A stretch of DNA of 64,000 nucleotides, from NCBI GenBank assembly GCA_023515795.1, contig JALGPX010000050.1:1-64000 (forward strand), in the 5' to 3' direction. Positions 1 through 11,079 of the stretch are shown here, piece after piece. The DNA is from Amoeboaphelidium occidentale. Lineage: Eukaryota. Below the pieces are notes generated by a model. It made no database searches and had not been told where the DNA came from. It saw only the letters and a list, made by a program, of their open reading frames with translations. The translations under genes and the position numbers were made by a program. Each line of letters begins with the position of its first letter. Position 1 is the first letter of the stretch.

Positions 1-693
1 ACAGAATTTGGGCCATTCCAATCCTTCAGTAATTCTTTAGACACTTCAGAGGGAAAGTATTCATTTAGTGCCTCTATAGGTGAACGTTTCAACAAATTGA
101 TTGAATCTATCTTGCGGTGCATTATATAGCTGAACAGTGTATCTTCAAATGAAGCACTCGGTACCAACTCGAACATCAGCACCTTCCCTTTTTCAAACCA
201 CTCTTGATCATACATCTCTCTTATGAAGTTTTCTGCCTAAATGTATAATTCCAATGTGCGGGAACATTCTTTCTGAACATCGATAACAAATTCTTCGCCA
301 TAGACGGCCTTTTATTGATTAATAATTGTTGGATCCCTGCTCAGAAAACTTCCAGGTTTTTTNNNNNNNNNNNNNNNNNTATAATTCCAGTGTGCGGGAA
401 CATTCTTTCTGAACATCGATACCAAATTCTTCGCCATAGACGGCCTTTTATTGATTAATAATTGTTGGATCCCTGCTCAGAAAACTTCCAGGTTTTTTCA
501 AATGCCTTGGCGCCTTCAGAAACTTTGAAACGAAGTCCGAACCCTCAGTTTCAGACAAGATCAACTCATTTGCAATCAACTGCACCCACAACGGCGGTTT
601 GAGAGCAGGGCTTTCTCTCTTGTGTCTCTTGGAGTTTTGCGTTTCTTCTTGGTCGTTCGAGCTTTCCATTTCATCGCCTTCCTGTCCCTGCAT
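1..693 (-). CDS. Partial multi-exon hypothetical protein, running off the window start
   Basis: ORF 448-693 plus an open frame at 1-236 (AENFIREMYDQEWFEKGK...) after a TTTAG acceptor. Interrupted by an N-gap with duplicated flanks. No family recognised. Confidence 0.4.
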
Positions 694-1042
694 CCTTGAC
701 AGCTTAAATCACTTAAAAGACTTCTTTTTATGCGGGAAATTGTGGAATCCTTTGCGCTCTATGATGAGTCATCGGAAAAAAAATCAGCTTGCCTCGAATC
801 GCTCCCATGTGGCGTAAAAACGAACTCCAACCGGAACAACTTATGCCATCTCATGTTTAATCAAAATTCGCGATAATTAATGTCCCAATTGATTTGGTTT
901 TCGCGGTAAAACTGTTAGACTATCACGTGTTCACTGGAATAATTAGCGATTCGATCATTACCAGTTTGCTCTTAGGTACAGTTAAACAAGACACAAATGT
1001 TTCAAAATATTTAATATTAAACCTTCCCTTGGTAATAAGATT

Positions 1043-1801
1043 TTAATCTGAGCCCTTGAGTCTCTTTGGTACATGAACGCTGTGATCAAACGAATGTGAT
1101 TCCACTGCTGGTGGTGGTAAAGATACAATAGGAGGCGGCGCGACATAAGGCGTCCATAAATTGGTAGATGGAGACCAGGATCCATTAACTGGTGTTATTG
1201 AAGGTGAACATTTCATTGCGCCATTTTCCTTGTTTTTAACTGCGCACGATAATTCTTGTTGCAAGCGCATTACTTCGCCCTGCAGGAATCGAATGTATGC
1301 TACAGCTTTACGAAGAGTTGCTGCTTTTGAGTCTCCTGAGCCTGATACTGGACAATTTATGCCCGTAGAAAACGCGCCACTTTCTGCACCACAAAATGGA
1401 ATCACTTGCCGCAACTGAGTGAAACCTTCATTGATGTTCAACCTTCGCTTCTGTTCAGATTTAACATGCGCGTCCCGTCTTGTTTTTGAGTTGATCGTGA
1501 GATCCCTCTGTGTAGAATCGTTAGAATGAGCATCTTCTGTTGAGTTTGTAGGTGAGTTTGGTAGGGATTCTGTGACAGACTGCTGCTGCTGATGATTATG
1601 AGCATTATGAGCAGGAGCGATTATATGCGCAAATGTATTTGATGATCTTTGCATAATATGTTGTTGTTGATCATTTGTAGGCTGAACATGCATTGTATTC
1701 AAAAGCTCCGAGCTTGATGATTGTATAGTACTATTGGCATTATTAGCTTCATTCACAGCCAAAGTCGCTTCAGAGAGTAAAAGTAACTTATTGATATCCA
1801 T
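1043..1801 (-). CDS. bHLH(-zipper) transcription factor, Myc/Max/Mlx-type
   Basis: RRDAHVKSEQKRRLNINEGFTQLRQVIP...SKAATLRKAVAYIRFLQ. The H-E-R basic-region triad is typical of CACGTG binders. Confidence 0.85.
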   Translation of the reverse strand: MDINKLLLLSEATLAVNEANNANSTIQSSSSELLNTMHVQPTNDQQQHIMQRSSNTFAHIIAPAHNAHNHQQQQSVTESLPNSPTNSTEDAHSNDSTQRDLTINSKTRRDAHVKSEQKRRLNINEGFTQLRQVIPFCGAESGAFSTGINCPVSGSGDSKAATLRKAVAYIRFLQGEVMRLQQELSCAVKNKENGAMKCSPSITPVNGSWSPSTNLWTPYVAPPPIVSLPPPAVESHSFDHSVHVPKRLKGSD

Positions 1802-1882
1802 TTGAAGGAACGGGAGAAATTAATTGACGAGTAATGAAAAAAACTGTTGAAGCAATTCTGCGAGGAGTTGAAAAATTTAGCA

Positions 1883-1894
1883 AAGCACGTGCTT
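1883..1894. promoter_or_regulatory. Palindromic E-box upstream of the bHLH gene
   Basis: Perfect 12-bp palindrome AAGCACGTGCTT about 80 bp upstream of the ATG at 1801, followed by CATGTG at 1898-1903. Confidence 0.35.
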
Positions 1895-2023
1895 CAACAT
1901 GTGATTATGCTTGCCCTTGCAAAAAAATACCTCAAACTTCTAGCCCTAAAAGTATTACATAGCAACTTACAGCTTCTTTATTGTTGTCCTTTTGAGTTTC
2001 ATACGTAAATATCATTAAATTGA

Positions 2024-3185
2024 TCAAGCCCAAATTTTCAGTAAACTGTCCCAACTACCTGTACACAATCCCATACCATCACTACTTACACCAAGACAAC
2101 TAACACGGTTGTCATGAGCTGCCAAAACACCAACACGTTCTCCTTTGAGTGTGTCCCAAACGTTGCAGTTGAAGTCATCATAACCAGCGAACAGTAATCT
2201 TCCGGATATAGAGAAGGCGACAGATGTGATACCACACAAGATATTGTCATGAGTGTACTGGTTTAATTCTCTGTCTGCTCTTAAGTCAAATAGACGGCAG
2301 GAGGCATCATCAGAACCTGTACCAACTGCATCACCATTTGGGAAGAAGCTACACAACAGTTAGACTCGGGAAGATAATGATAAGATGCTTACTTGACGGC
2401 ATTGATATCAGATTCATGCCCTGTGAATGTTTGAACGCAGCGTCCAGTTCTGATATCCCATACTTTGGCTGTTGCATCACAAGCACCTGAAACGAAGATG
2501 TTCTTGTCTGGTGATAAAGACAAACTAGACATCAATTATGACTGTAGCAATTCGAAATATACCTCATTACATCACCTGTATGGTCATCGAACTCCATCGT
2601 CTTCATACCTGCATCAATATCCCACAACATGCAGGACATATCGCCGGAAGAAGTGATGATTTGACGATCAGACAAGAACCGACAACAACTCAAATATCCA
2701 GTGTGAGCACTTAGCTCTCTTGCAACTTTTACTGTTCCTTCTTTGGTCTTCAGATTGTAGACTGAGCAAATGTTATCAAGACCGCCGCATGCGACAAAGT
2801 TTCCGGATGGAGCATAGGCGCAGGTCATAACCCAAGATGATCGTAATGGAATCGCATGGACCTTGTTTGTACTGTATCCATCCCAGACGATCAGTTTACC
2901 ATCTTGAGAAGCAGATACCAAATGACGCTTATCTGATGCCCAATGCATGGAGTAAATCTTTCCAAGATGGCCTTTCAAAACCCTTCTGACTCTCATTACG
3001 ATCCTTGGAAGTTGATCTAATTCAGAAGCAACTGCTTTTACTATAGAAAGTTAGTTTGGTATGATCCCTTTGTAGATGTTGTTACAAGTTGTATCAGCTA
3101 GGGCTTCCTTCTTTTGCTTGATCTTTTCCTTCAAAGCTTCAGCCTCTTTTCTAGCTGCACTGATCTTTTCCTGTATATCAGCCAT
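2024..3185 (-). CDS. GPB1: Heterotrimeric G-protein beta subunit (4 exons)
   Basis: Spliced [23 protein letters not shown]...[17 protein letters not shown]...[18 protein letters not shown]...[12 protein letters not shown]. Three short GT-AG introns. Confidence 0.96.
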
Positions 3186-3348
3186 TCTCGTTTAAAAGTC
3201 AATCTGATCTGTTGAGAAGTTCTTTAAAAGAAAGAAGCTGTGCTTGATCTTCAGTGAAACAAGTTCGTCTCTATGAATGTTTGAAGTTGTGATGTTTGAT
3301 CTGACACAAATCTATCCACAATGAAGCGACATAAATGCAATATACAAT

Positions 3349-4356
3349 CTATTTTACTATAAGGGTTCCATCCTTATATCCATTCACGATGATCCAAATT
3401 ATCATCACTATCAACGACACAAGGTATGAGAGCAAGTAGAATTGTACCACCAGCTTCTTGCCTTTGGAGAACAGGAACCGATGCCGTCCAAAATATACAC
3501 GACTTATCTTCTCAATAGACTCATCGATGCTACGATACAAGTGAATAGAGAAAGGAACTGCAACCAGAGCAATCAAGATAAACCCCACAGTCAAACCACC
3601 AGGGAAATTTATGCTGGTTGCAGCAAACAGAAGGCCATAGAGTATGGAAGCTGTAATGAATATTGCCCATTCCCATCGTGTATTGAGTTCAGCGTGAACT
3701 TGTTCCACGTGAGCAACCATATGAATTAAACTCATGACGAAAGCACCAGCTGCGTAAATGTAGTGTGAATAAACATGTTGCCATTTATCCCTAATGTAGC
3801 TATATATCTCTTCCAAGGGCGGTGTAGTTGGAGTTCCTTGATATTGTTGAAGGTTCTGAGCCGCGACTTTAACTGGATCTTTGAAGATTGTGGCAGCTGT
3901 GTGCAGTCCATGACCTTCGACGTAAACCCCCATCGCAATAACGAAAATCAGCTTTAATAGCGTCCTCCTACTTATCCACAGAAACCGAGGCATTTTACGT
4001 AGCAGCTTGACTGTATCCCGAGGATTGTGGTACATCATGGCATTCTCCAGTATGAAGTAGTACACGGGTAATGTAAAAAGAGGGTCCACTATTTTCCAGA
4101 CATCTCCAGAATTGAGCCAAGGGTATGAGTAATATGGAGCGTCGATGATAATTGGCAGTACCACGAATATCAAAAGCACAATTGGAAGCATCATGATAAG
4201 TACCAAAGTCCTGATATGAATGTATCTGGGCACCTCAACCACTTCTCCGGGTACAGTATGTGGAGATAAGTTCAAGTTCAAGCTGGTGTTGCTTGTGGTG
4301 TATGGATGCCTTTCACTGAGCTCAAAATCCATCGAATTGCTGATAAGAAGAGACAA
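3349..4356 (-). CDS. Seven-TM membrane protein, possibly CLN6-like
   Basis: About 7 hydrophobic segments. Motifs SGDVWKIVDPLFTLP, EGHGLHTAA and HVYSHYIY have spacing resembling CLN6, judged by eye. Confidence 0.55.
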   Translation of the reverse strand: MSLLISNSMDFELSERHPYTTSNTSLNLNLSPHTVPGEVVEVPRYIHIRTLVLIMMLPIVLLIFVVLPIIIDAPYYSYPWLNSGDVWKIVDPLFTLPVYYFILENAMMYHNPRDTVKLLRKMPRFLWISRRTLLKLIFVIAMGVYVEGHGLHTAATIFKDPVKVAAQNLQQYQGTPTTPPLEEIYSYIRDKWQHVYSHYIYAAGAFVMSLIHMVAHVEQVHAELNTRWEWAIFITASILYGLLFAATSINFPGGLTVGFILIALVAVPFSIHLYRSIDESIEKISRVYFGRHRFLFSKGKKLVVQFYLLSYLVSLIVMIIWIIVNGYKDGTLIVK

Positions 4357-4410
4357 TTTGATGATTGCACTTTGGATCTCGGTTAGTTCAATTGAATTTT
4401 CTATTAAAAG

Positions 4411-5679
4411 TTAATTACTTTGAGGTACAGGAGCAGGCGCAACCAGGAAAGAAGGTCCTATTGGGTCATAGACAGAATTTGGTGTTGGAATTGTGGAATT
4501 GCAGAAACTTTCACGAAGTTGAAACCCACCGAGTTCACTGTGAGTTCTCCATGTCCAGTCTAAACACTGGTAATGGAAACTACACGAAGAATCTTGACCA
4601 GGTGCACATACTTTGAAACCATACTCAGGAGGGCATCTAAAAACGAAGCTCTCCCTGTTCTGTGAACCAAATGATCCATTAGGCATGAAACCAACATGCG
4701 GAATCATATCATTCATATTCACCACGCGGATGTATTTATCATTACCGATAACATCGAGAAGAGGATCCATCAATTCAACATTTCCAACCATTGGCTGTCC
4801 GTATGTGTAAACAGCTGTGACATTGACCTTGTGATTAACAACCAAATCTGCTGCTTCTAAAACAGCCCAAGCACCTCCTAAGGAATGACCGATAACAACG
4901 AGTTTTGTTGTTTCAGAATACTTTTTCAATGTCTTTTGTACATCTTTAGCAATCTGGTCGTGTGTATCATCAAACTTTTCCCAAAATCCTTGATGAACTT
5001 TAGCACCAGTGGTTTCATTAATTCCTGGAATTGGCAATTCTTTATAATCAAAAGGAATCTGCTTAACCATCGCGTCTAGAATGAAATCATAAGCATTATC
5101 GCTACCACGCAAAACCAAGGCTGTGATATTCTGAGCAGGGTTGGTAGCAATGAAGTACATTGGAAGCCTCTTGAAGTCCTTCTTAACAACATCAACAGTG
5201 AAATTACCTACGCGCAGGTTCAAAGCAGCCATTTTCTCGATACTTTCTACTTCATCACAATATGACATGGCAACATACTCAGAGAATCTTCTTATCAAAT
5301 GAACGTCAGTCAAACTTTCAAAACAATCTAAGCCGTATGTATTCAGTATACCACGACCTCTTTCGTTTGAACCATAAGAATTGACGTATTGCTTGTGCAA
5401 TTCTTCCGGAGATACATTCTCAAATTGTTTGTAGTATTCAGTCTCAAACGTGCTATTGATCATATGACTAACGCATTCCTCGCCAAAGTAATCATCCAAC
5501 AATTTCACTGCGACGCGATTTAGCGCTACAGGAAACTTCTCAGGAAGAGGCTGATCAGTGACAGGTTGCTCATAAACGATATTCGCTTCGCATTTTTCCT
5601 GAATTGCAGCATATCCAGGCACAAAATTCTGAGAAGACGCGCCAAAAAACGCCAAAATCGCTATAAATTGCGAGATCAT
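4411..5679 (-). CDS. Secreted class-3 lipase
   Basis: Signal peptide, LVLRGS, VHQGF, nucleophile elbow GHSLGG, YTYGQP, RVVNMNDMIPH and a Cys-rich C-terminus with a His. Confidence 0.9.
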   Translation of the reverse strand: MISQFIAILAFFGASSQNFVPGYAAIQEKCEANIVYEQPVTDQPLPEKFPVALNRVAVKLLDDYFGEECVSHMINSTFETEYYKQFENVSPEELHKQYVNSYGSNERGRGILNTYGLDCFESLTDVHLIRRFSEYVAMSYCDEVESIEKMAALNLRVGNFTVDVVKKDFKRLPMYFIATNPAQNITALVLRGSDNAYDFILDAMVKQIPFDYKELPIPGINETTGAKVHQGFWEKFDDTHDQIAKDVQKTLKKYSETTKLVVIGHSLGGAWAVLEAADLVVNHKVNVTAVYTYGQPMVGNVELMDPLLDVIGNDKYIRVVNMNDMIPHVGFMPNGSFGSQNRESFVFRCPPEYGFKVCAPGQDSSCSFHYQCLDWTWRTHSELGGFQLRESFCNSTIPTPNSVYDPIGPSFLVAPAPVPQSN

Positions 5680-5788
5680 GCTGAAGTTTTCGAAAAAGGA
5701 AAAATAGCAAGAGAATCTTCACGTGTTTCGCAACGTTCCTATGACGATCAAAAAGCTTAAACCCTTTTTAGAAAAATACTGCTCTATT

Positions 5789-7687
5789 CTAAAGACCGTA
5801 TGCTTCCAGTCTTGAAGTGTTCATTCCATCGTCCTTCTTCTTCTTTTTGTTCTTGTCCTTAGAGTCTGACTTGCGCTTTTTAGTTTGAGGTTCTTCTTGT
5901 TGGGACTGAGCTTCTTTTGCTTGCTCTTCCAATTTTCGCTTGAATTCCTTCTTTCTCTTCTTTGAGTGCTTCTTCCATTTCTTCAACCACTCGACATCTT
6001 TATCTCTTGTTCTGAAGGGCGCCAATTTCTTTAGAGAAATGTATTCATTAAGTAAAGAATCATCAGCCTCCAGTATCTCTTCGGCTTCAAGGCCAAAACT
6101 AGATGCATCCACTGGTCTGTACCGGAATTTCGTAGGAACACCGCCTACAACGTCTTCGTAATTCAAATTGTCTACTTCTTCAAGTAGTTTCTTCAGACGC
6201 TCTCCTTCTTTCTTAATGGCTTCATTATTATCTTCCGGTTCTTCATCTGGAGCTTCTTCGGCTGGTTCTTCTTGCTTATAAGCGTTTTGACTATTTTCTG
6301 TTGTTACATCTTCGACTTCTTCGTCGTCACTGAACACAGGCTTCTTCTTGTCTTTTACATCATAGTAATCTTCACTAAATACTTTCTCCATAAGTTTGTC
6401 ATACTTTTCAGGATCCCATTCTCCGTCAGCCATATCCTCAATGATCAGGTCACGCTTCTTGTCGTCAATTTCTGCTTTGCTCCATTCTTCGATCTTTTCT
6501 ACGAGCCTTTTAACTTCCTTCTTCTTTAAATTCTTAAGGCGATTAATTTCTTCCATCTGTTTCTGTTTTTCTAACTGTTTCCTCTTTTCTCTCTCTTTTC
6601 TCTTGTCAGATCTTGTTGAGTCAATTTTACGAGCAGACTCAGGCAAAGCACGAGCGTGTGTTGTAATACCAAACAGTCTCGAAGGAGCAACAATATCTGG
6701 ATTATACTGCGCACCAGGGCCATGAGTCTTTTCGATTTCTTCGAAACGGAAGTTGAATTTCTCTTCAAATTCTTCAGCCTTCTCAAACTCTTCCAAATCT
6801 TCTTCATCATCAATTAGAGTTTCAGTGAGCTTTTTGTCTGTTGCATCACCAGAAGAAGCATTATTATTCAGCCATCCCTTCTGGAAAACATAGTCTAATA
6901 GAAACTGTTCTCCTTGATCATCCATAGCCTTTTGATCCTTCTTTTCAAGCCACTGCTTCTTAAGATCTTCTTGTGCGGATTCAGATACTTTGCCAATATT
7001 CTTTACCAACCATTCACGATATTCCTCATCTTCCCGCTTCAAATCTTCAGCGGTTTTAGGCTTCCTTTTGAAAACTTGCTCAGAATCTTCAGCATCGTCT
7101 TTATCAAAAGCTTCATGAATGGCATCTTTCAAGCCGCGTCGGAGCTCTTCCATTTCCTGGGCGTGCGTCTTAAGGCCGCTAAGTTCGTTGTTTGGCCCTA
7201 CGAATTCGCCGGTTAAAGATTGCTCAATCGCGCCAGGAATGCGGCCCTGCTTCAGAGTTTCTCTGTGATAATCCTTCACGTAAAGAGGCTTCTCTTTAGT
7301 CGCTGAGATATCTTCACTCTCATCCCATTGCAATTCCTTCTTGGCCTCAGCTTTAATCTCTTCCAGCTTATTTGGATCAAAGAACGAATAGTTCTCATCA
7401 TAGACGACGGGATCCTTCTTACGCAACGCTGCTATGGTCGACAGAATCTGTGCATCCGTAGCTGGATCTATTTTGATGATATCTTCTTCCTCCTCGGATG
7501 AAGAATCATCTTCTAAGTCTCCTGCTTTATGATCGTGTTTCTTTTTGTACTTCTCTTCCAGCTTCTGTAATTCATCGCGTTCCTTATTATACGCGTATCT
7601 TCTGGCATATTCGTCATTAACTTTAATGGTGACATTTTCCGTGCGTTCCTCGGCTTCTGAGTCCGAGTCAAACAATTGCTTAGGCAT
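5789..7687 (-). CDS. KRI1: KRI1 (KRR1-interacting, 40S biogenesis)
   Basis: NDEYARRYAYNKERDELQKL, EEKFNFRFEE, KFRYRPV...FGLEAEEILEADDSLLNEYISLKKLAPFR and terminal RLEAYGL. Confidence 0.93.
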   Translation of the reverse strand: MPKQLFDSDSEAEERTENVTIKVNDEYARRYAYNKERDELQKLEEKYKKKHDHKAGDLEDDSSSEEEEDIIKIDPATDAQILSTIAALRKKDPVVYDENYSFFDPNKLEEIKAEAKKELQWDESEDISATKEKPLYVKDYHRETLKQGRIPGAIEQSLTGEFVGPNNELSGLKTHAQEMEELRRGLKDAIHEAFDKDDAEDSEQVFKRKPKTAEDLKREDEEYREWLVKNIGKVSESAQEDLKKQWLEKKDQKAMDDQGEQFLLDYVFQKGWLNNNASSGDATDKKLTETLIDDEEDLEEFEKAEEFEEKFNFRFEEIEKTHGPGAQYNPDIVAPSRLFGITTHARALPESARKIDSTRSDKRKEREKRKQLEKQKQMEEINRLKNLKKKEVKRLVEKIEEWSKAEIDDKKRDLIIEDMADGEWDPEKYDKLMEKVFSEDYYDVKDKKKPVFSDDEEVEDVTTENSQNAYKQEEPAEEAPDEEPEDNNEAIKKEGERLKKLLEEVDNLNYEDVVGGVPTKFRYRPVDASSFGLEAEEILEADDSLLNEYISLKKLAPFRTRDKDVEWLKKWKKHSKKRKKEFKRKLEEQAKEAQSQQEEPQTKKRKSDSKDKNKKKKKDDGMNTSRLEAYGL

Positions 7688-7755
7688 AACGCTTCGATCT
7701 CAAAAAAATGTTCAAGATTCAGCATATCGTTTCAGTAGGGAACACAGTTAACTTT

Positions 7756-10700
7756 TTATTGAGTTGGCATTAATTTGATCATCTTGCATAGAATAGCGGA
7801 CCATGAGAATAGATCACCAGCTTTCATTACTGCTCCGAGGTCGCTTTCAGGTAATTGACCTCTGATTGCTAAAAATTGTTCTGGAGCAATGAATGAAATA
7901 CTGCTGTTGTCCGGTCTGTAAATAGGGAATGCTTTTCTTGCAATTTCCTCAACGTCAGCTTTAATAGCACCACCGAATCCAGCTACAACTGCATAGAATG
8001 CACCAGATGCATCGCGATTGATGTAAACATTGCGAGGCTTAATATACCTGTGAGCATACCCACGGCCATGCAATGATTCTAATGCGCGAGCCATTCCCAA
8101 AACTAGGTTCAAAATTGTTGGAACAGTGAAAGGGATGTTCTTTGCCATGAAAACTTGTTCCAGTGTTCCAGGATGATTCTGGAAGATGATGGCAACAGGT
8201 TCCAAGCAGTAACCAAGTAACTTAAACGTTAGTCTGAATGTATTAATGACTTACCTGAGAGATGTTCTTGTGTTCATTGAATTTCCATAATAGTCCAACC
8301 TCTTGCCAGAACATTGTTTCAAATCCAGGGTTCATGCTGTAAGTATTTTCTCCATAAACTTTGACGACAACTTTGTCTCCCTTTGATCTTAAACCGTCTT
8401 TCAAGGCGACAGCAAGGTGTAGCATGTTACCGTTCTGGCTGCCAAGTTGTTGTTGCATATCAAAGTCGCTTCTTCTTACTTCCAAATAATCCGGAAGATC
8501 AGGGCGATTGATCTGTTCCTCAGCTTCTTGTTGAACTTCTTCACGTTGAACAACTTTTGGCTTTTCAGCTTCAGGTCTAGGAACCAACATTGCAGGATTC
8601 TCAATAACATTTGCTGGAATTTGACTTGTGACTGGTACTACTGCTGGACGCGGATAATCAATAGCAGGTTCGTTGCGAGGAGCTGAAGGCGTTGGTGCTG
8701 GAGCAGCTCCATATTCATCATGCGCAGCTTGAGTTACAGGAACCTTATTTGGTTGTGGCATTTGCTGTTGAGGCCTTGGCTGTTGTGGTTGCTGCGGTTG
8801 TTGCTGATAGTCTCCATTTGCAGTATAGTTTTGTCTAGCCATTGGCTGCTTTGACATTGCAGTAGCAGAATTGGCACCTGCTGTGTGATAAGCATCGCTA
8901 AGACTTCTTGGTGCACCAGTAGCNNNNNNNNNNNNNNNNNNNNTATAGTTTTGTCTAGCCATTGGTTGCTTTGACATTGCAGTAGCAGAATTGGCACCTG
9001 CTGTGTGATAAGCATCGCTAAGACTTCTTGGTGCACCAGTAGCACGAGTTGTGCTTGTGTGATATGCTTCTGAAAGACTTCTTGGACCAGCATTTCCGTC
9101 GTAAGGAGCATCTGGTGCGTAGTAAGATGCGCCTTGACTTTGAGCTTGTTGAGCCATCATGAATTGCCTCTTCTGCATTCTGGCTTGTTCACCAGATCGT
9201 CTTAACACAAATAGGAAGGTCCCAACTACAGCTAAACACAAAACTACAACTATTGCAATAATCGCGAATAATGGAATTCCAGCCTCTGGAGCTTCTTGTT
9301 GAAATCTGTTAAAATTCCTGCTTCTTGATAAAAACTCTTCGATGGTTGAAGCCATGCCTTCAGTTGTGCTTCTTGTAGTTGATAAAGAAACAGTGCTTGG
9401 ATTTCCAGTATCCGAAATAGTAGTAGTTACAATTGGCGGATCGCCGTTATCCTTGAATGACCAGATTTCATTTGAAACACCAGCTCCAAATTTTCCTCCT
9501 CCGAAAACCCATGCTGTTTTCAGAGACTGATCAAAATAAACTGTTACTTGCCAAATAGCACCTGGATAATTGGTGGGATCTTCAATACCCTGTTCATTAT
9601 AGTTGGCTCCGATCAATGGTTCTTTTGGACCACCTATCCATGTCCAAATGTTTGACTCAATAGAATATCTCCATAAGTCTGACATTGGTTCTGAATAGAA
9701 AAGTTCACCACTCTCATCAGTGTAAATCCTTGTTCCAGCAAATAGATACAATTTTTGAGTTTCGAAATCAATCCACATTGAAGCACCTGTTCTCGAACGA
9801 GGGTTATTGTTTGGAGAGGCAACATACTTTTCACCAAACGAACCGAAACTTTCAGACAAGAACTCTCCATTATGGAAAACCCATTCATTAGTAGCAACAT
9901 CATAGTGCCATAGATCATTCAGGTTTCCATAATCTGCCTGAGAGAAGCCTAAACCACCAAATATGTAGAACTTGCTGTTGACATCATCGTAATACTGAGC
10001 TGCAATGCTTCTAGCACCAGGAACATTTGTTGAAGCACTTACAAGAGGCGTTCCATAAACACCATTACGGTTTGGCTCATTAGGACCGTGCATCCAAACC
10101 CAATTATTACTTGTGATGTTATACTTCCACATATCGCTGAATCTGTCACCGTACGGCTGACTGAAAATCGCATCACTCATGGAAGCCCCGCCAAATACGA
10201 AGAATGAATCTGTGGTTGAGTCAAAAAAGTAATTATGGCCAAGTCTTGCAATAGGATTGTTTGATGGAGATTCAACTCCTCGAACACCATAAGACCCAGC
10301 AGCAACTTCTGGTCCGCCTTTCACATATTCAAAGTCTCCTTGGAATAAATCGAACTTAAAGAGCGAGTTTGTTACAGATAAGTCTGGAAAACTTCCTCCA
10401 AACACGTAAATCTGATTGTCTGTACAGAACCCTCCTGGTAACATTCTTCCACCCCAAGTAGCATCAAAGGATGAGTTGATATAAACAGGAAACGCTGATG
10501 AGCTCAGACCAGATCCTGCCTCCCATGTGTACATCTTATTTATGAAACTATAACTCCAAAGGTTGTCCGTGCGAATTCTGCCGTTCCAGCCAAAACCAAA
10601 GAACAACTTATCATCCATTCTGCATGTGAAGTATCCTCTCATTGCAGGTGGAGTGTTCGAAGGGTTTGATACACCCTTTCCTGCAGAAAATCCATTATCA

Positions 10701-10881
10701 CCATTCTCAAATGAACCTCCTATGGATGTTAGAATCTGATCATCAAACAATAGTGTTGTGTGCATGGGCTAGTGACAATGAACACCACCCCACGCATTCA
10801 ATAATTACCTATCCATACCCATCCTGCTAATGCTGGAGATGCTAGAAGTAGAGTTGATAAGACAAGCAGAGAGTGCCTCAT
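7756..10881 (-). CDS. Kelch-repeat ectodomain, single-pass receptor pseudokinase (3 exons)
   Basis: Signal-peptide exon MRHSLLVLSTLLLASPALAGWVWIG (10809-10881), introns 10720-10808 and 8221-8254. Kelch repeats (FGG...NDLW.Y), TM helix, Q/P-rich linker, then a kinase-like domain with HRYIKPRN and AGFG. Confidence 0.85.
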
Positions 10882-11079
10882 CTTATTGCGATGAAGAAGT
10901 GATTAAGTGCTATAAATAGACATCGATCCATTGGTAATTACGCCATCGCGCTAACACCACTGATAGTGAATGATAAAATGCCTTAACGCAGAAGTTGAAA
11001 CAAGGAGCCAAGCCACCATGATATTCACATCGAAGCCATTTTTGCCATTTTTGTCGTCAATTGGTGAACGTACTTGAAT

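Noticed and set aside
3349..4356. GPCR call based on 7 TM helices and adjacency to G-beta
   Set aside because: No GPCR family motifs are visible, and adjacency is not evidence in eukaryotes.
8824..9043. Apparent 33-aa tandem repeat in the pseudokinase linker
   Set aside because: The two copies flank an N-gap exactly as at the other four gaps, so this is an assembly overlap artefact.
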